A program made the translations under genes and the position numbers. A DNA stretch of 64,000 nt, taken from NCBI RefSeq assembly GCF_009914755.1, contig NC_060929.1, one strand, 5' to 3'. Below, one piece after another: positions 12,680 through 27,499 of the stretch (position 1 is its first letter; every line of letters starts with the position of its first letter). The notes under the pieces are model-generated. The model made no database searches, was not told the DNA's origin, and saw only the letters and a list, made by a program, of their open reading frames with translations. Origin of the DNA: the human T2T-CHM13v2.0 reference genome, Homo sapiens.

Positions 12680-13600
12680 ATTGGCTTTGAAGTCACATAA
12701 GCTTGAGTTTGAACTCTGGTTGTATGATCTTGGCCCAGCCCATCAATTGACTTGAATATCAGTTTCCTCATCTATAAAATGGGAATGATAATACTTAGCT
12801 CACAGTGTCGCTCTGAGGATTAAATGAGAGAATGCCTGTACAACGTTTAGCATACAGCTTTGCATGTTGCAGGTGACCAGTGAAAGACAGGTAATAATAA
12901 TATTACAAAGTTGCATTTCTGTCTAGTTGGTGAAAAGGGGCAACTAAAGGAGGTTGTTGTAGCACAGCGCAGCAGGGTGTTGCTTGAGTGTAAATCTCAG
13001 CTGCATCACCCACTAGCTGTGTGACCATCAGCAAGCTGCTTAATCTCTGTGCCTGTCTATTTTCATTTGCAGAGCTGAAGCAGTAATAGTACCTACTTAA
13101 TAGGATTGTTGTAAAGATTAATTTACAATAAGACAAAACAAAAAATGTCAACAGAGTTACCAGCACATAGGAAGCACTTAGAAAGTATAAGCAGTATTGT
13201 TAATTATGGATTATTTTTCAACAGTTATTGACAAATAATTAGAGGCCACTGAAAATAGAATGTGATGCTTCATGAAGTAGAACATCTTCCATCACTGGAA
13301 GTATTCAGGTGGAAAGTAGCTTAGTGGAGATTTAGTTTTGGAGATTTAGACATTGAGAAGTTGGAAATATTAATATTAGGTAACCATCAAATCATTCCCT
13401 CATAATATAGGAAGCATAGGTGATAGTTGCTTATGTTGAAAACCTGACACTGCAACCTACTAGCTGTGTGATCCTTGGAAAGTCACTTAACTTCTCTGTG
13501 CCTCAGGTAGGCCACTCATTTGTAAAACAGGATAATAACCGTTCCTACTTCATGCGGTTGTTATGAATATTGAAGGGCTTAATATATAAAGAGTGCTTAG
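12680..13600 (+). mobile_element. Cluster of three MIR fragments (approx. 12680-12880, 12950-13200, 13420-13600)
   Basis: Repeated MIR core: ctagctgtgtga(c/t)c.., ctctgtgcctc.., aaaatgggaatgataata..gaggattaaatgag. Confidence 0.7.
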
Positions 13601-14668
13601 AATGGTATTTTTATTTCCCACCTGAGATTCTCTTTCCAACCTCCCTTTCTTCCTTCTGTTTTTCCTCTCTCCTTCCTTTCTCCTTTTCTCCTTCCTCTCA
13701 CTTTCTGTCACTCAAAAAGAAGCTATCACGGCCCCCTGTTGCTTCAGAGTTTCCTTTAGGACCTGGCCGTCAGGCTGGCTCATGACTATGAAGGGTGACT
13801 TTGCATGTTAAGTTGTTTGTTTTTGGGCTTGGTTGTATGTCTGTTGGGAACATATTTCATCAACAATCTGTCAGCCCGGTAATGAGGGGTCTGCTAGTGA
13901 GGCTCCTGACAGACGCGTTTTATTTACAAAGATGACAAATGCCACTCCTTGGCTGTGTTGGAATCATTTCAAAGGCCAGCCGACTCATTACAGTCATCAG
14001 GACTTGCTGCACTCAGGCGTATTTTGTCTGAGGACTGTGTGTAATTTGGATTTCTGCTCATTGATACATTTTTTAATATAATATTCCTGCAAAGGGTAGA
14101 TCTCTTAAAATCCCTGTCCCTTTATCTGTCCCTAAACTTACTTGTTTTGTAACGACTAACTTTTGTAAATCGCATTTTAGACACTATTTGCTGCTGTTAG
14201 AACTGTCAGTGTTATTTTAGGATGTTTGCCCAAATCAGGAGCATTTCTTTGTCCCGAAGGCAGGAATTGAAAGCATGCAGATGGTCACAGGGCCCAGGAA
14301 GGCAATGGACACAAGGGAGGGGCTGCGTTGAGGCTGGTGGACTGGAGGCAGATGCTCTGTCTGGTGGACCCTGCTGCTCTTCTCCTCCCAGCCAGTTGGG
14401 AGCACTGGCCAGCACTACTGGGGCTCCTGATTTTTCAAAATCAGGAGCACCTTTATATGAAGTCTATTTTTAGATGTTATTTTGAGATGTTGGCAACCAA
14501 TTCAACAGATTTCAAAGACTATGAGCTTCCAGAGTTTGATCTGTACCCAAGGTCTAAAGCAATTTGCAGTAGTTTTACTAGTTTAAAACAAAACAAAACA
14601 AAACAGAAAAACACTAGCAACAAACTTGTAATAAATGAGGGAACTGTTTCTTTGTTTTCTTTTTGCAG

Positions 14669-14709
14669 ACTGGTATAGGGGATACCTCATAAAGCACAAA
14701 ATGTTACAG
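14669..14709 (+). CDS. DOCK2: DOCK2 exon 3 (41 nt), SH3 domain: (D)WYRGYLIKHKMLQ
   Basis: ttttgcag|AC TGG TAT...ATG TTA CAG|gtaagg. Confidence 0.96.
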
Positions 14710-15927
14710 GTAAGGTCACCTGGTTTTTATTTGTGTCAGTACTGGAGGTCTTCATATGGCCCCGCTATCCCATCTGAGCAGGTCTCTCCCACCATTGCTC
14801 CTCAGCAAAGGGAATCCATCTCTCCCTCCTGTGCCCTGTGCTCTCTGACCTCTGTGCCTTGTCACTCGCTGTGCTCAGCTCCCTCCCACTTTCCCTCATT
14901 CTTTAAGGTTCATCTCTGGTGCCATCTCCCTGCAACTTTTCCTGATATGCCACTCACTTATGATTTCTCCCTTCCTCGAGTCTCTGTGGAATTGTGCGTT
15001 ATAAATTTGAAATTTATTCTACTGCCTTCCTTTAGAGTTGTTTGCAGCATTCAGTCATCTCCTCATCCGTATACCCAGGTCAACACAGAAAGGACAGGCC
15101 TGATTTCTACTTTTGAGGGGTTCTCTTGTTCTAACCTCACATTTCACTATCGTCTCCATGAGAGCAGGCGCTTGCTTTGCTTGTCTCATTTTCTCTCACA
15201 GCACCTAGCACAGTGACCAGATGTCCCCAGTATGCACATTGGTTGCATTTATGAAGGGATTTCCAAGTAATTGATAAACTTACCTTGTTAACTGAGCCAA
15301 ATGTATGGAGTAAGGAAATAATAGAAGCTTCTTCCTTCTTCCCTGACATGCTGTGTCGGGAGGGATGGTCCTATTCTGCTCTCTCAAAGAACAATGGAAT
15401 AAATGCAGGCAGAATAGGTCTCAAATCGAACTAGCCCAAATGCACCTAGGAACATTGTTGCTTCAGGACCAGTTATTTCTGACCTTCCAGTTGTTCCTGA
15501 CTGTGAAGGGTGACCGCTTTCCGGAATCGGGCAGGCAATGGGAGAAGCAGAGCTCCTCGTCTCGCTTAAAGTCAGTGAGTGGTTTAGGTTGTCTTTCAAA
15601 CGATACTGTCTTATAGCCCACCTGCAGGATGAGTGGCCATAATGGGTTGGAGCATCCCTTGGGATCTAGGGCTATGGTGAGATCTAGGGCTATTGTGGGA
15701 TCTAGAGCAACTGATGGAGAACTGGAGGGAAAGCCAGATCTAAACAAGTAGATTTAGAATCCAGCCCCTGTTCTATCTGGCTCTGGGTTTATTCCTTTAA
15801 AGTCTGGGGATTTTATAAGCCAGTAGCTTTTGGAAAAAAATTATAAAGACCTAGGGTCATTCATTTCTGTGGTGATATATCTTTTTATTTTATTTTATTT
15901 TGTTTTGTTTTGTTTTGTTTCCAACAG

Positions 15928-15983
15928 GGCATTTTTCCTAAGTCATTTATCCACATCAAGGAAGTGACAGTTGAGAAAAGAAG
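15928..15983 (+). CDS. DOCK2: DOCK2 exon 4 (56 nt), SH3 end: GIFPKSFIHIKEVTVEKR(R)
   Basis: ccaacag|GGC ATT TTT CCT...AGA AG|gtattt; preceded by long T-rich tract. Confidence 0.96.
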
Positions 15984-16317
15984 GTATTTGCCATTCTTCA
16001 CCAGACTTGAGCCTCCAGTGGCTCATGGATGTCTCTGTCCTGTTTATTTTGAAAATCTGACTTGGAAGAGCTGAGGGTTGCTCAGCTTATCTTCTTTGTG
16101 CCTGTGTATATTTGTGGGTCTCCTTTCCGTTACTCAATGGGAGATCTAATCCAAATTGATTCATACTGAGATCTGACTCTGAGGGGGTATTAGTTTGGAG
16201 AATCAAACTTTTTGCTGGCAGCTACCTTAGAACTGTATTAAAGTAGATTAATCCTAAATAATGAGCCCACCCTAGCGAAGGAGGACATAACAAAGCAAGT
16301 CCCTTGTATTTGCATAA

Positions 16318-16665
<348 letters not shown>

Positions 16666-17381
16666 TGACATAGCAGAGCGCACACTATTACGTGTGAGGA
16701 CATCAAGGCCCAGAGAGGATCAGGGACTTTCTCAAAGCCACAGAGCTAGTGACAGAGCCATAATCAATGGAGTCTACTGTGAACCTTCGGTGTTTAGTGC
16801 AGAAGTTGTCAAACTTGAGCATGCATAAGAATCACCTTAAGAACTGTTAAAAATAAAGCTTCCTCCCAAGGGGTTTAATAATCTGCATTTTTAATAAACT
16901 CAGATTTGATTTGCTAGTCTGCTGATAACACATTGAGAAATACTGTTCTTATACTTTAACCAATGGCTATTGTCCTCACATCTATGAAGAAGTTTTGACT
17001 TTGGAAAAACAAAGAATATATTTTTGCATTTGTTTTCCCTGTTTTGAAGCAAATCTAATTTTAAATCCTCCTTTGATGCTCTAAAGCTCCTAATGAAAGC
17101 AATTAGCTAAGCAAACCATTAAGCTGAGAGTGAAAATGTCAACCAAGGCTTACTGCATGTTTATTATGGCACCGTGGACACCTGCTGGTGTATGCACAGG
17201 ATTTGTAGACTTACCTTTCGTGGTCTTAAATGTTGACTCCCATGTGGACATTTCATAATATGAAGATGTAATTGGCACACTCAATTTTACATGTTTCTCA
17301 AAGTTTTTAGAAAAGTGTAGGGGAAAAATAGTATCCTTGTGGCTAAAGCAATTTTTTGTTCATCTCCACTATACGCTGACC

Positions 17382-17751
<370 letters not shown>

Positions 17752-17964
17752 TAGGAAATCTTTGAATAGCAGTAAGTCCATTTACTCTAGTCAGGAGATC
17801 CTTCAACATCTAGTACTTCGGTATCACATTCCTGATTCTTGCCATATCTGCATACAACCTGTGTAATATTTACTTAATAGCTGCTTTGGATCTCCTTTCA
17901 GTAAACCTGAATCTATAGACATAAAGAATGAGATAGCATGCTGCATCATTCCAGCAGTTCTTGA

Positions 17965-18812
17965 TTCCCCGTCACCAACTAGATGCCCCACAATTCAGTT
18001 CAACACTGACTACCCAGGGTTACTGCCAGACTCCATGGGTTTAAAGCCTCAATCCCACAAGATTGCCCTCACTTTAGATGCCAGTCGCAAGTCCTGGGTT
18101 CCCAGGTTACCTGAACTTCTGTTGGACTTGGCTATAAATTCAGGGATTCTCACTACCCCTCCCTGCCTGGGCACCCCCTTTTTTCACTTCCAGTTTCATA
18201 ATTTGTTAGAACAACTCAGAGAACTCAGGAAAGTGCTATACATGTGATTACGGTTTTATTATAAAGAATGTAATTCAGGATCAGCCTTGTGGAAGAGACA
18301 CAGGGCTAGGCATAGAGGGGCATAGAGCTTCCGTGTCCTCGGCACACCACCCTCCCAGCACATTGATGTGTTCACCTTCTGGGAAGCCCCTCAAATGTTA
18401 TTAACCAAGAGTTTTAATCAGAGTTTCATTACACAGGCATGATTGATTAAATTATTGGCTATTGGTGCTTGAGCTCAATCCTCAGTCCCCCTCCCCTCCC
18501 AGAGGTTGGGGTGGGGCAGGTGGAGGGGAGTGGGGCTAAGTTCCAACCCTCTAATCATGTGATTGGGGGTTTGGTTCCTAGTTGGTTCCTCTGCAACCAG
18601 CCCCTCATCCTGAAGCTATCTAGGGGCCCACCTAGAATCACCTCATTAGCATAAACTCAGGTATCATTGAAAGGGGATTGTTAGGAATAACAAAATACAT
18701 TCTTATCACTCTGGTCATTGCAGGAGTTTTAGGAGCACTGCTTCAAGAACCAAGGACAAAAATCAAGTGTGTATATATATATATTTTTTTGTTGTTGTTT
18801 TTTTAATTATAC
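17965..18812 (-). mobile_element. MER21-like LTR
   Basis: cagactccatgggtttaaagcctcaatcccacaagattgccctcactttagatgccag...agaacaactcagagaactcaggaaa...gagttttaggagc; family name from memory. Confidence 0.7.
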
Positions 18813-18917
18813 CACCCACACTTTCCCAAATGGAAAGACAAAAGTACTTGACACAATTAGAAGAACATTATTCATCTAAATACAATGAAAACAAGATAAC
18901 ATTATTTTTATAAAAAA

Positions 18918-19035
18918 AAATTTAGAGACAGGGTCTTGCTCTGTCACCCCCGCTGGAGTGCAGTGGGACCATCATAGCTCACTGCAGTGCTAAACTCCTG
19001 GCCTCAAGCTATCCTCCCGCCTTAGCCTCCGGAAC
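18918..19035 (-). mobile_element. Alu/FLAM fragment
   Basis: tagagacagggtcttgctctgtcacc...tcctcccgccttagcctcc. Confidence 0.8.
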
Positions 19036-19682
19036 ATGCTTGCTATTGTACCTGTCAAAAGCTCTGAGTCCAAACCTTTTCTCTCTGTTTGTTAAAAAAG
19101 ACATTAACAATATGTGAGAGGTGTTAGAGACATATTACTATGAAACTGCAACTTTCTCTTTCCCTTACACAGAAGGATGGAAATGGAGTGGGAGAGAATC
19201 ACCTAGGGATCCATGTTGTTTGACCTTGTATCTTTGTACCACGAAGAGCCATCTTGCTTCCCATAGGTGGTACGCGTGCCACACTTTGGAGAATGCTGCC
19301 CTAGAAGCAGTCCTTTATCACCAGAGAAATGGCCCTGGCTCCCAGCCTCAAAAGGCCTGAGCTCTGGGACCTCCATTAGGGCAGATGTTCGTAGCATTCC
19401 TGTTCAATAAATATCTTTTTAGATAAAGTCAGAAATCACTCATTCCTTAACCAAGAAATGATTGAGATTTTTATTTTTGCTTTTGGGAAATCCCTGTGGT
19501 CCACGGGGAATAAATACATCAACGACTAGGACCCCCACCTAATCCTTTTGTAGTGGGTAGGGCAGGGAGAGAGCCTCAGGCCATGGCCCTTGACCACACT
19601 CACCTGACTTTGGCACAGCCTGCCAAATAGATGGTCATGCCCCTTTAACACAGGTAATTATGGGTTGTTTCTTGTCTCCTAG

Positions 19683-19832
<150 letters not shown>

Positions 19833-22800
19833 TAACCTCTCTTTCCTCTGCAAAGAGGTTTTCTTCCCCCAGCCATCCTCTTTCTTCCCTCTCTCCCCAG
19901 AAGCTTGTTTTCATTTTTAGATGCAATTTTGTCACTTTCTGTTTGGGAGAAGGTTGTGACCAATGGCTGTGCTTGCGTGCTGTTGTTACCACCCCTGGGG
20001 GACCTAGGGACATGCAGGTGGAGAGAAGGCTTGTACTTAACATGGTGTTATTACCAGGCTGAGAGATTTAGGACACTCATTTAACCTACTTCCGATGGAC
20101 TAGGGAGCATAGTCATGCTGGTTCACTTTCAGCTTAGTTGTCATTTTATACCTGCATTTGCAAAACTCTCCCTTAAATCCCAATGTGAGACTTAATGTCT
20201 CTTCCCCCATCCTAAAGTAGCCAACCCACACACCATCAACTAACTCAAATGCACAATTACAAAAATGTTTCCTCAAAAGGGAAGAGAAGTAAAAATTGGT
20301 TGGATTTGAATGCTATGAAGTTAAGGAGAAAATGAACCAATTATTTGAGGTGGGACAACCCACTGATAATAACATTATAAGTAACTCTTAATCAGAGCTC
20401 ATTGTACACCAGGCTTGGTGCTAAGTGTTTTGCAGGCATTGTCTCATTTAATTCTTATAATAACTCTATGGAGTATGCAGTTTGATTATCCCCACTTTTT
20501 TCCGATAAAGAAACCGAGGGTTTTCAGTAGGGTAGGTAACTTGTCCAGAGTCGCGCAGCTAGTAAATGACAGAATCTGAACTTAGACCCAGGCAGTCTGG
20601 CTCCAGGGTCCACCTGGAGTCCAGGGCCTCCTGGAGTGGAGTCCAGGGCCTCACCACTCTGCTACTTGGATAGCATTTGAGAACTATAAGGACCTTCCCT
20701 CCCTCCTGATCTTTTGAATGGCTTCCAAACATTCTGTTCATTTGTTCATTCATTCCTACCACAAACATGTATTGAGGACTTATAGTTGGCTGGATTTCCT
20801 GCTAGGTATTGGGGCTGTAGAAATAAAAGTCCCTGTCCACTAAAGGGTCACAGTTCCAATTAGGAGTAAGCCACAAGTAAACTGCTGATATGTACTGTGA
20901 GAAGTTCGATAGCTCAGGAAGCAAGAGTTACTTTTAATGAGCCTTAGAGAAGGAAGTCAAGGAAGACTTCCTGAAGGAGGCGACCCCTGAGCTGAAGTTT
21001 GAAGGATAAAGAGATATTAAGCAGGCTAAAAAAGGAGAGTCAGGGGCTCATGAGAGAGCATGGCATACTCAAGGAACTGCAAAGTGGGTCTGAAGGCTGG
21101 AACACAGGGCCTGAGGGGGAAGTAAAAAGCCCATTTAATGGGAATAAAAAGAAGTTTCCCCAGCAGCCAGGCCAGGCTTTCTTGCCCTGACATAAGCACT
21201 AGGGGGAGGATTCGGAGAGGAAAGTCAATGGCTCCAACTCACAGCTGGTCTCCATCCCAGGAACACAGTCCCTCTGCTGATGCCCCATTGGCATCTGGCA
21301 AGCGTGTCCAAATCTGCTTATAAAGCACATCATCCTAAAGTGACAGGAAGGGTTTGCCCCGCAGCTGCTACTGCCGTTGGTTCCATGTCTTTAGCTGAGC
21401 ACAGTTGCAGCTGAGTGTGTGGGAATTGAGGGCTGCTTTACAATGACATCTACGACCTTCAAATGTTGTTTTCTCAATGGGGGCTCCTGAGAAGAAGGAC
21501 CAGGAATGGAAGAAGTGGTCACTACTCATAGGAAGCCTTCCCTGATTTTCCACTACCCGCCTTGGCCCGGGGTAGGTGCTCTTGAAGGCCCTGAGTAGTA
21601 ATTGCCTCCTTTTTGGCCTGGCTTCCCTCCTATTGTGGAAGATCCTATAGATGTTGACTGTCTAAAGCACCTCTCTGCCTGTGCCTGGAACAAGGTCTGC
21701 ACATAGTAGGTTCTCAGTGAGTGACAACTGAGTGAGTGGGCGAATGGTGGTGATGGGAGAAAAAGAAGAAAGAGGGTCCTCCCTAAACCAGCCCCTCCTC
21801 TGCAGCATCCTCTGACCTATAGCCCTGTGCTTTTAGTTCTGTCAGTTTCCTTTGGGGAAGTGAGGGATGCTCCGTGGCACAGACTGAGACCTCAAGCTCA
21901 GGGGCCCCCTTATTCACCTGACTGCTTCAGCTGCAAGCGAGAGAGTTGGGCAACTTATCACTGGCCTGATAGTTTAGGTGCTCAGAGCTCTGGTATGGGA
22001 TGGGCAGCTTCCTCAAATCCAGGAGGCCCAGCGTCTGGGCCAAGTGTCAGGATCAGCCTGGGAATACCCACCTCCAACTTCCAGCAGCTGGGAGATTGGG
22101 TGGGGGTGGCACAAAGTGGAACTGAACCTTGGAGGAGTGATCAGAATGAGCTTGTTTCTTCTCTCATTCATTCCGTTCCTTCATTCAGATATCAAACTTT
22201 CTTTGCACACCTGGTAGGCCCCAAGGGTACAGGGTACAGACACATACACAATACAGTCTCTGTTTTTAACAACAATCAAAAAGCAAGCAATGAGAACCAG
22301 TGATAACTTCTGAAGCGCTCACTGTACACCAGGCACCATTTAAAGCACTTTCCATATATTAACTCTGTGAAGTATCAAAACAACTTTATGAGGTAGGCAC
22401 TATTCTCACCCTGTTTCTCAGGTGAGGAAAGTGAGGCTCAAGAGTGATTAGGTGTGTGAGCTGAGAAACCAACACAGGTGCCTCTTTATCAACTAAGATG
22501 GACTCTAAGGTTAAGGAAACAACAGCTGCCTATGGGTCAGGTTGAGCATTCAGGGGAGCTGGCATGGCAACTCCCTAAATTCCTACAGCTACAAGAAAAA
22601 CACACTCTTGTCAAACTCCCTAACAATAGGAGCTATCAGGCAAATTATCAGACCCTTCCTAACTCTGATTTACATCCACACCACTATAACTCTAAGTGGA
22701 CAGAGGACTGGCCTGCTAAACATTCTTTTTTTTGATAAAGAACTGCAAATCTTAAGTCAGTTTCAGCTAGCTGAAGGCTGCCCGCAAACTGTGTCCAGTA

Positions 22801-23091
22801 GTTCACCTTTTGATGTAAAGTGCCAAGTTTCATCTTATTTTAATAATAAACCCCACCCCAAAGTGTACATGGGATGTATGTTACATACATGTTTACCCGT
22901 TGTGCATGCTCTTGTCTCCATAAATATGTATGATTTTTCCCCTAAACCTGCTGAATATGTATGATGTTGGCCCTGTGAGGCATAAAACCCAACATGTCCT
23001 TTCCGTCTTCAAAGAGAGAGCACCTTCCAGACATGACAGAGACTGTCTCTTCAAAGTTTGCAAACCGATGTAACCAGTGAGGTTCTCCTTT

Positions 23092-23993
23092 TGTAATGAA
23101 GTGCAGGCTCTGCTGCTCGCTGCTTGCAAAGCCAGTAACGGGGACACAGGGCATTGTAAGGAAAGTGACTTTATTTCCGAAGCCAGCCATGGGGAAACAT
23201 ACAGGCTCACCCCTCTGGAAACCACTTCAAAACTCTGGGCTGAGGGCAGGGGTTTCAAAAAGGGAAGCTGGATGTGGGAGGCATGCAGGAGCTGTGTAAG
23301 GTGCAGGGGCTGTGTGTTTTGCCCTGATGCCAGTCTTGAGTTATGGTCCACCTGGAGCACAGACTGGTGCCATCTTGACAGTGGCCAGGCTGTAGATGAT
23401 CCATCTTGAGGCAGTCTTTAAGTGGGGGAGAATTCTGTAGCTGCGCTCTCATGCCTGGTTTGTTTTAAATTAGCCCCTGGAATTTCTTAACAAGCACAGA
23501 GTTAAGTAAATGTGCATGGAGTAAGAGAGTATATGTTAGAAGACGGAAGGGAATGGAGCTTCAAAGTATGTTTCAAGGGTATACTTAAGACTAAGGAAAA
23601 AAAAAGGCTTCTATAGTTTTTCTCAAGGTTACATCTTCAGTCTTGAGAAAAGTTTTTGTTTTTTTTTTTCTTTTTTGAGACAGAGTCTCGATCTGTCACC
23701 CAGGCTAGAGTGCAGAGTGCACTGCAACATCCGCCTCCCAGGTTCAAGTGATTCTCCTGCCTCAGTCTCCCAAGTAGCTGGGACTATAGGCACACGTCAC
23801 CATGCCAGGCTAATTTTTGTATTTTTAGTAGAGACGGGGTTTCACCAGTCTCTACCAGGCTGGTCTTGAACTCCTGACCTTGTGATCCACCTGCCTTGGC
23901 CTGCAAAAGTGCTGGGATTACAGTCATAAGCCACCGAGCCTGGCCAAGAAAAAAGTTTTAAAATGCATTTTGAAGCTGAGATCCTCGGTTACA
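23092..23993 (-). mobile_element. ERV1-class solo LTR nested in the previous LTR; itself carries an Alu
   Basis: TGTAA...GTTACA termini with 4-bp TSD CTTT (23088-23091, 23994-23997); tttatt at ~23170 is a minus-strand polyA signal. Confidence 0.8.
23653..23945 (-). mobile_element. AluS nested in inner LTR
   Basis: Reverse Alu; flanked by agaaaa(aa)gtttt. Confidence 0.9.
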
Positions 23994-24474
23994 CTTTCTA
24001 CTATTTGGCCATCCTGGTGGTCTTTTGAACGGCAGGTGATTTTGCTCAAGATGCAGTGGAATTTGAACTGATAATGTGGCTCCAGAGTTCAAGTGCTTGA
24101 CTGCTGTATTCTACTGCCTTCCATGAGCTGTGTGAGTTAATAAGGGAGGCAGAGAAGTAAACAGCCACTTTCAGTCGGAAGTCATATACATTAGGAGTGC
24201 AGGAAGCATGGGCAAGAAGGTTGGAGGACATGGGGGTGGGAGTCAGGGTGGGGATGACAACCACTCTGAATCTAACTAGACCAGCAGGAATTATTAGGTG
24301 AAATGGAGAAGAGAAACTCGGAGGGAGAGAATGTGGGAGATGAGAGGTTGACATGACCACGGAGAGGAAGACATGGGTGGACTGGGGCTGGAACCTTGAG
24401 GATTTTAGCACCAACTGAGTCTGGATTTGTCCAGACAGCAATGGGGAGCCATCACAGATTTTTAGGCTGGCATA

Positions 24475-24600
24475 TGCAGTGGTGCAGTCACAGCTCACTA
24501 CAGTCTCCTTCTCCTGGGGTCAAGTGATCCTCCCACCTCAGCCTCCCGAGGAGCTGGAACTACAGGTGCGTGCCACCATGCCCAGCTGATTTTACCTTTT
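24475..24600 (-). mobile_element. AluJ fragment
   Basis: tgcagtggtgcagtcacagctcact...caagtgatcctcccacctcagcctccc. Confidence 0.8.
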
Positions 24601-25940
24601 TTAAAAATTTTATTATAAATAAATGCATACAGTGGGGCCTTTTCCCTCTACCCTCATCTTGGCTTCATTTTATCACTTCCTTGAACAGAAGAGAGCACTG
24701 GGGTTACATCCTGATGAGAGAATGCCTAAATGTTCTGCTCCCCAAAATTCATGGTGGCTGCATTCAGAGGCTGTGGAGGACAGCCTCTCCTGCCCCTGGG
24801 CCATGAGAGTCCTGTCAATCCTACCAAAGCTCCCAAAGTTCCAAGTGATTTTGATGTCCAAGGATTGAGGAATCCTCAAATGACTTCTTCACATCCCAAG
24901 ATAGCCAGACCTAGGAGAATGTTTTATTCATGTATTTTAGAACCGAATCCACTTTGATAAATTTTGAGGAGAAACAGCCAGAGAGATCTTGGCATTAAAT
25001 TATGTATCAGCGATGCTCCATCTTTTCCAAGGTCAGGAGAGCCTCTGCTAAGCATTAGCTGAATGTGTTTCTTCCCCCTTAGCATTGCCGTTGGGCAGCA
25101 TGGCCGTGTACCATTATGAGTCATGTTAAGTTGGGAGTTAATTTCCTAATGAATGTGGACAAATGGGTGAACCTTGGCTCGCTTCTGACTGCATTTGGAT
25201 GAGATGAGAGATGCGCCTCTCAATTCGATTCTCTGATAGAGATGAAGACTTAGTTTCCTTCATTTGTCCTTGCTACCCTTCCAGAATCTGGTACTTAGTA
25301 GTCGCAACCAAGCAGGAGTATGGTTGGCCTTCTCAGAATCCATCAGCCCCACCTCCTCCTACCTTCTTTGTATGGACAACTGAGGCTCTTCATCTCAATA
25401 TCAAGTGCAAAAGCAGTTTCAAGTTCAAGGTTTCTGCAAACACACCCTACCCCACTCCACAACCCATATACTGCTCCTAAGCTCCTCCTATCTATTATAG
25501 TAAGCATACCAGAGAGGTTATGAGTGTGGACAAAGATGTATTCTTAGTTTTTACTAGCTATATGACCTTGAGCAATTAGTCCTCATATCCTCAGTCTTTT
25601 CTTCATTTGTAAAATGGGGTTATTGATAGTACCTCCTTCATAGGGTTGTTATGAGAATTAAATGGATTAATTTTATGTAAAACACTTATTGTATGTGAGC
25701 TGATTGTAAGTGCTGTGTGAGTTTGCTGCTATTAGTATCACTGATGCCGATCAGGATGACAGGTGTAGTTGAAACAAATCAATACCAAACAGGGAAAAGC
25801 TTGTGGCCTGGAAGTCAAATAGCTGAAAGCAAGCTGTGGGTAACAGTCAACATGTCTGAGATTGTTTTTCCCCAACCACTATTTTCAAATTTTTATTGAG
25901 TAATATATAAATACCTCCTCTGTGTATATATTTAAAAAGA

Positions 25941-26120
25941 GGCTAGGTACGGTAGTAGCTGGGCATGGTGGCATGTGCCTGTAGTCCCAGCTGCTCAGGA
26001 GGCTGAGGTGGGAGGATTGCTTGAGCCCAAGAGTTCAAGGCTGTGGGAAGCTATGATCACACCACTGTACCCCAGCCTGGAAGACAGAGCAAGACCCTGA
26101 CTCATTAAAAAAAAAATTAA
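25941..26120 (+). mobile_element. AluJ, mostly right arm
   Basis: gggcatggtggcatgtgcctgtagtcccagc...gagcaagaccctgactc, poly-A. Confidence 0.85.
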
Positions 26121-26496
26121 ATAAATTGAGACAAGGCACATGTAACCTTTGACCCCTTTACTCCTCCAGCCCTAGGCCCCTACCTGTCCCCACAGATAAC
26201 CTGTGTTGGTAGTTTGGTCCTTTTTTCATTCAGAGCTTTCTCTCATACATAAGCTTATTCTTATACATGAACCCAGATAACATATCTGGCCTATTTTTTG
26301 TTTATTTGTTTTATTGTTATTTATTTATAAAAATAAATATTGTATGCACACTGTATGCATCTTTCCATGCTTGATTTTTGCACTGAAATATATTATTAAA
26401 CATAGCAAAACTATATAATATTTTAAAAGGTCTGCTATGTGGTATTCCATTATAGATAGATCACTGTTGATTTAGCCATTTCTCTTTTAGTAGACC

Positions 26497-26833
<337 letters not shown>

Positions 26834-27081
26834 TGATGTGAACAAGTCTGCAACACATCCTAGTTCAAGTGTTGGGTGTTTCAGTTTAATACCATGGAAA
26901 ATACACCTTTTTAAAAAATTGAATGCACACTACTACAGTACCTTCTAAAGGGGGTCTACTATACCAATATGTGCTCACTAGCAGTGTCCCAGGCTATCAG
27001 TGTAGAGCTCTTCTATGTGACTATATGACCCCCAGAAATCAGCTGAACTTTCTGGTAAAAAGCTTCTCACCAGTGACCTAA

Positions 27082-27276
<195 letters not shown>

Positions 27277-27499
27277 TAGGCTTTGGCCAAGTGATACAAT
27301 CATTTAGCACATCATAAACTTAAAATAATGGGCTAATGAACCAGACTGTGTATTATTCAAGGGGCATCTGTCTATGACCTGAGATGATCAGCAACCACAT
27401 GTGTTTAACTGTGGTTTCGTACTCAAATCTGTAATTCATTCAACATCCATCTCACAGGTAGTTAAATGGCAGGCAAGTTTCTTGATCTCTTGGAGCTTG

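Larger units (their letters stand above)
22455..24037 (+). mobile_element. ERV1 LTR (MER39/MER34-like), interrupted by a second LTR at 23092-23993
   Basis: tcaactaagatggactctaaggttaaggaaac... resumes after the insert as ctactatttggccatcctggtggtcttttgaacggca. Confidence 0.7.

Noticed and set aside
14635-15216. 193-aa ORF as a standalone protein
   Set aside because: Only the 41-nt exon 3 part is DOCK2; the rest is intron read-through beyond a strong CAG|gtaagg donor
25116-25124. Isolated palindromic AP-1 site ATGAGTCAT (another TGAGTCA near 52629)
   Set aside because: Single 7-9-mers are expected by chance in 64 kb and there is no supporting motif cluster
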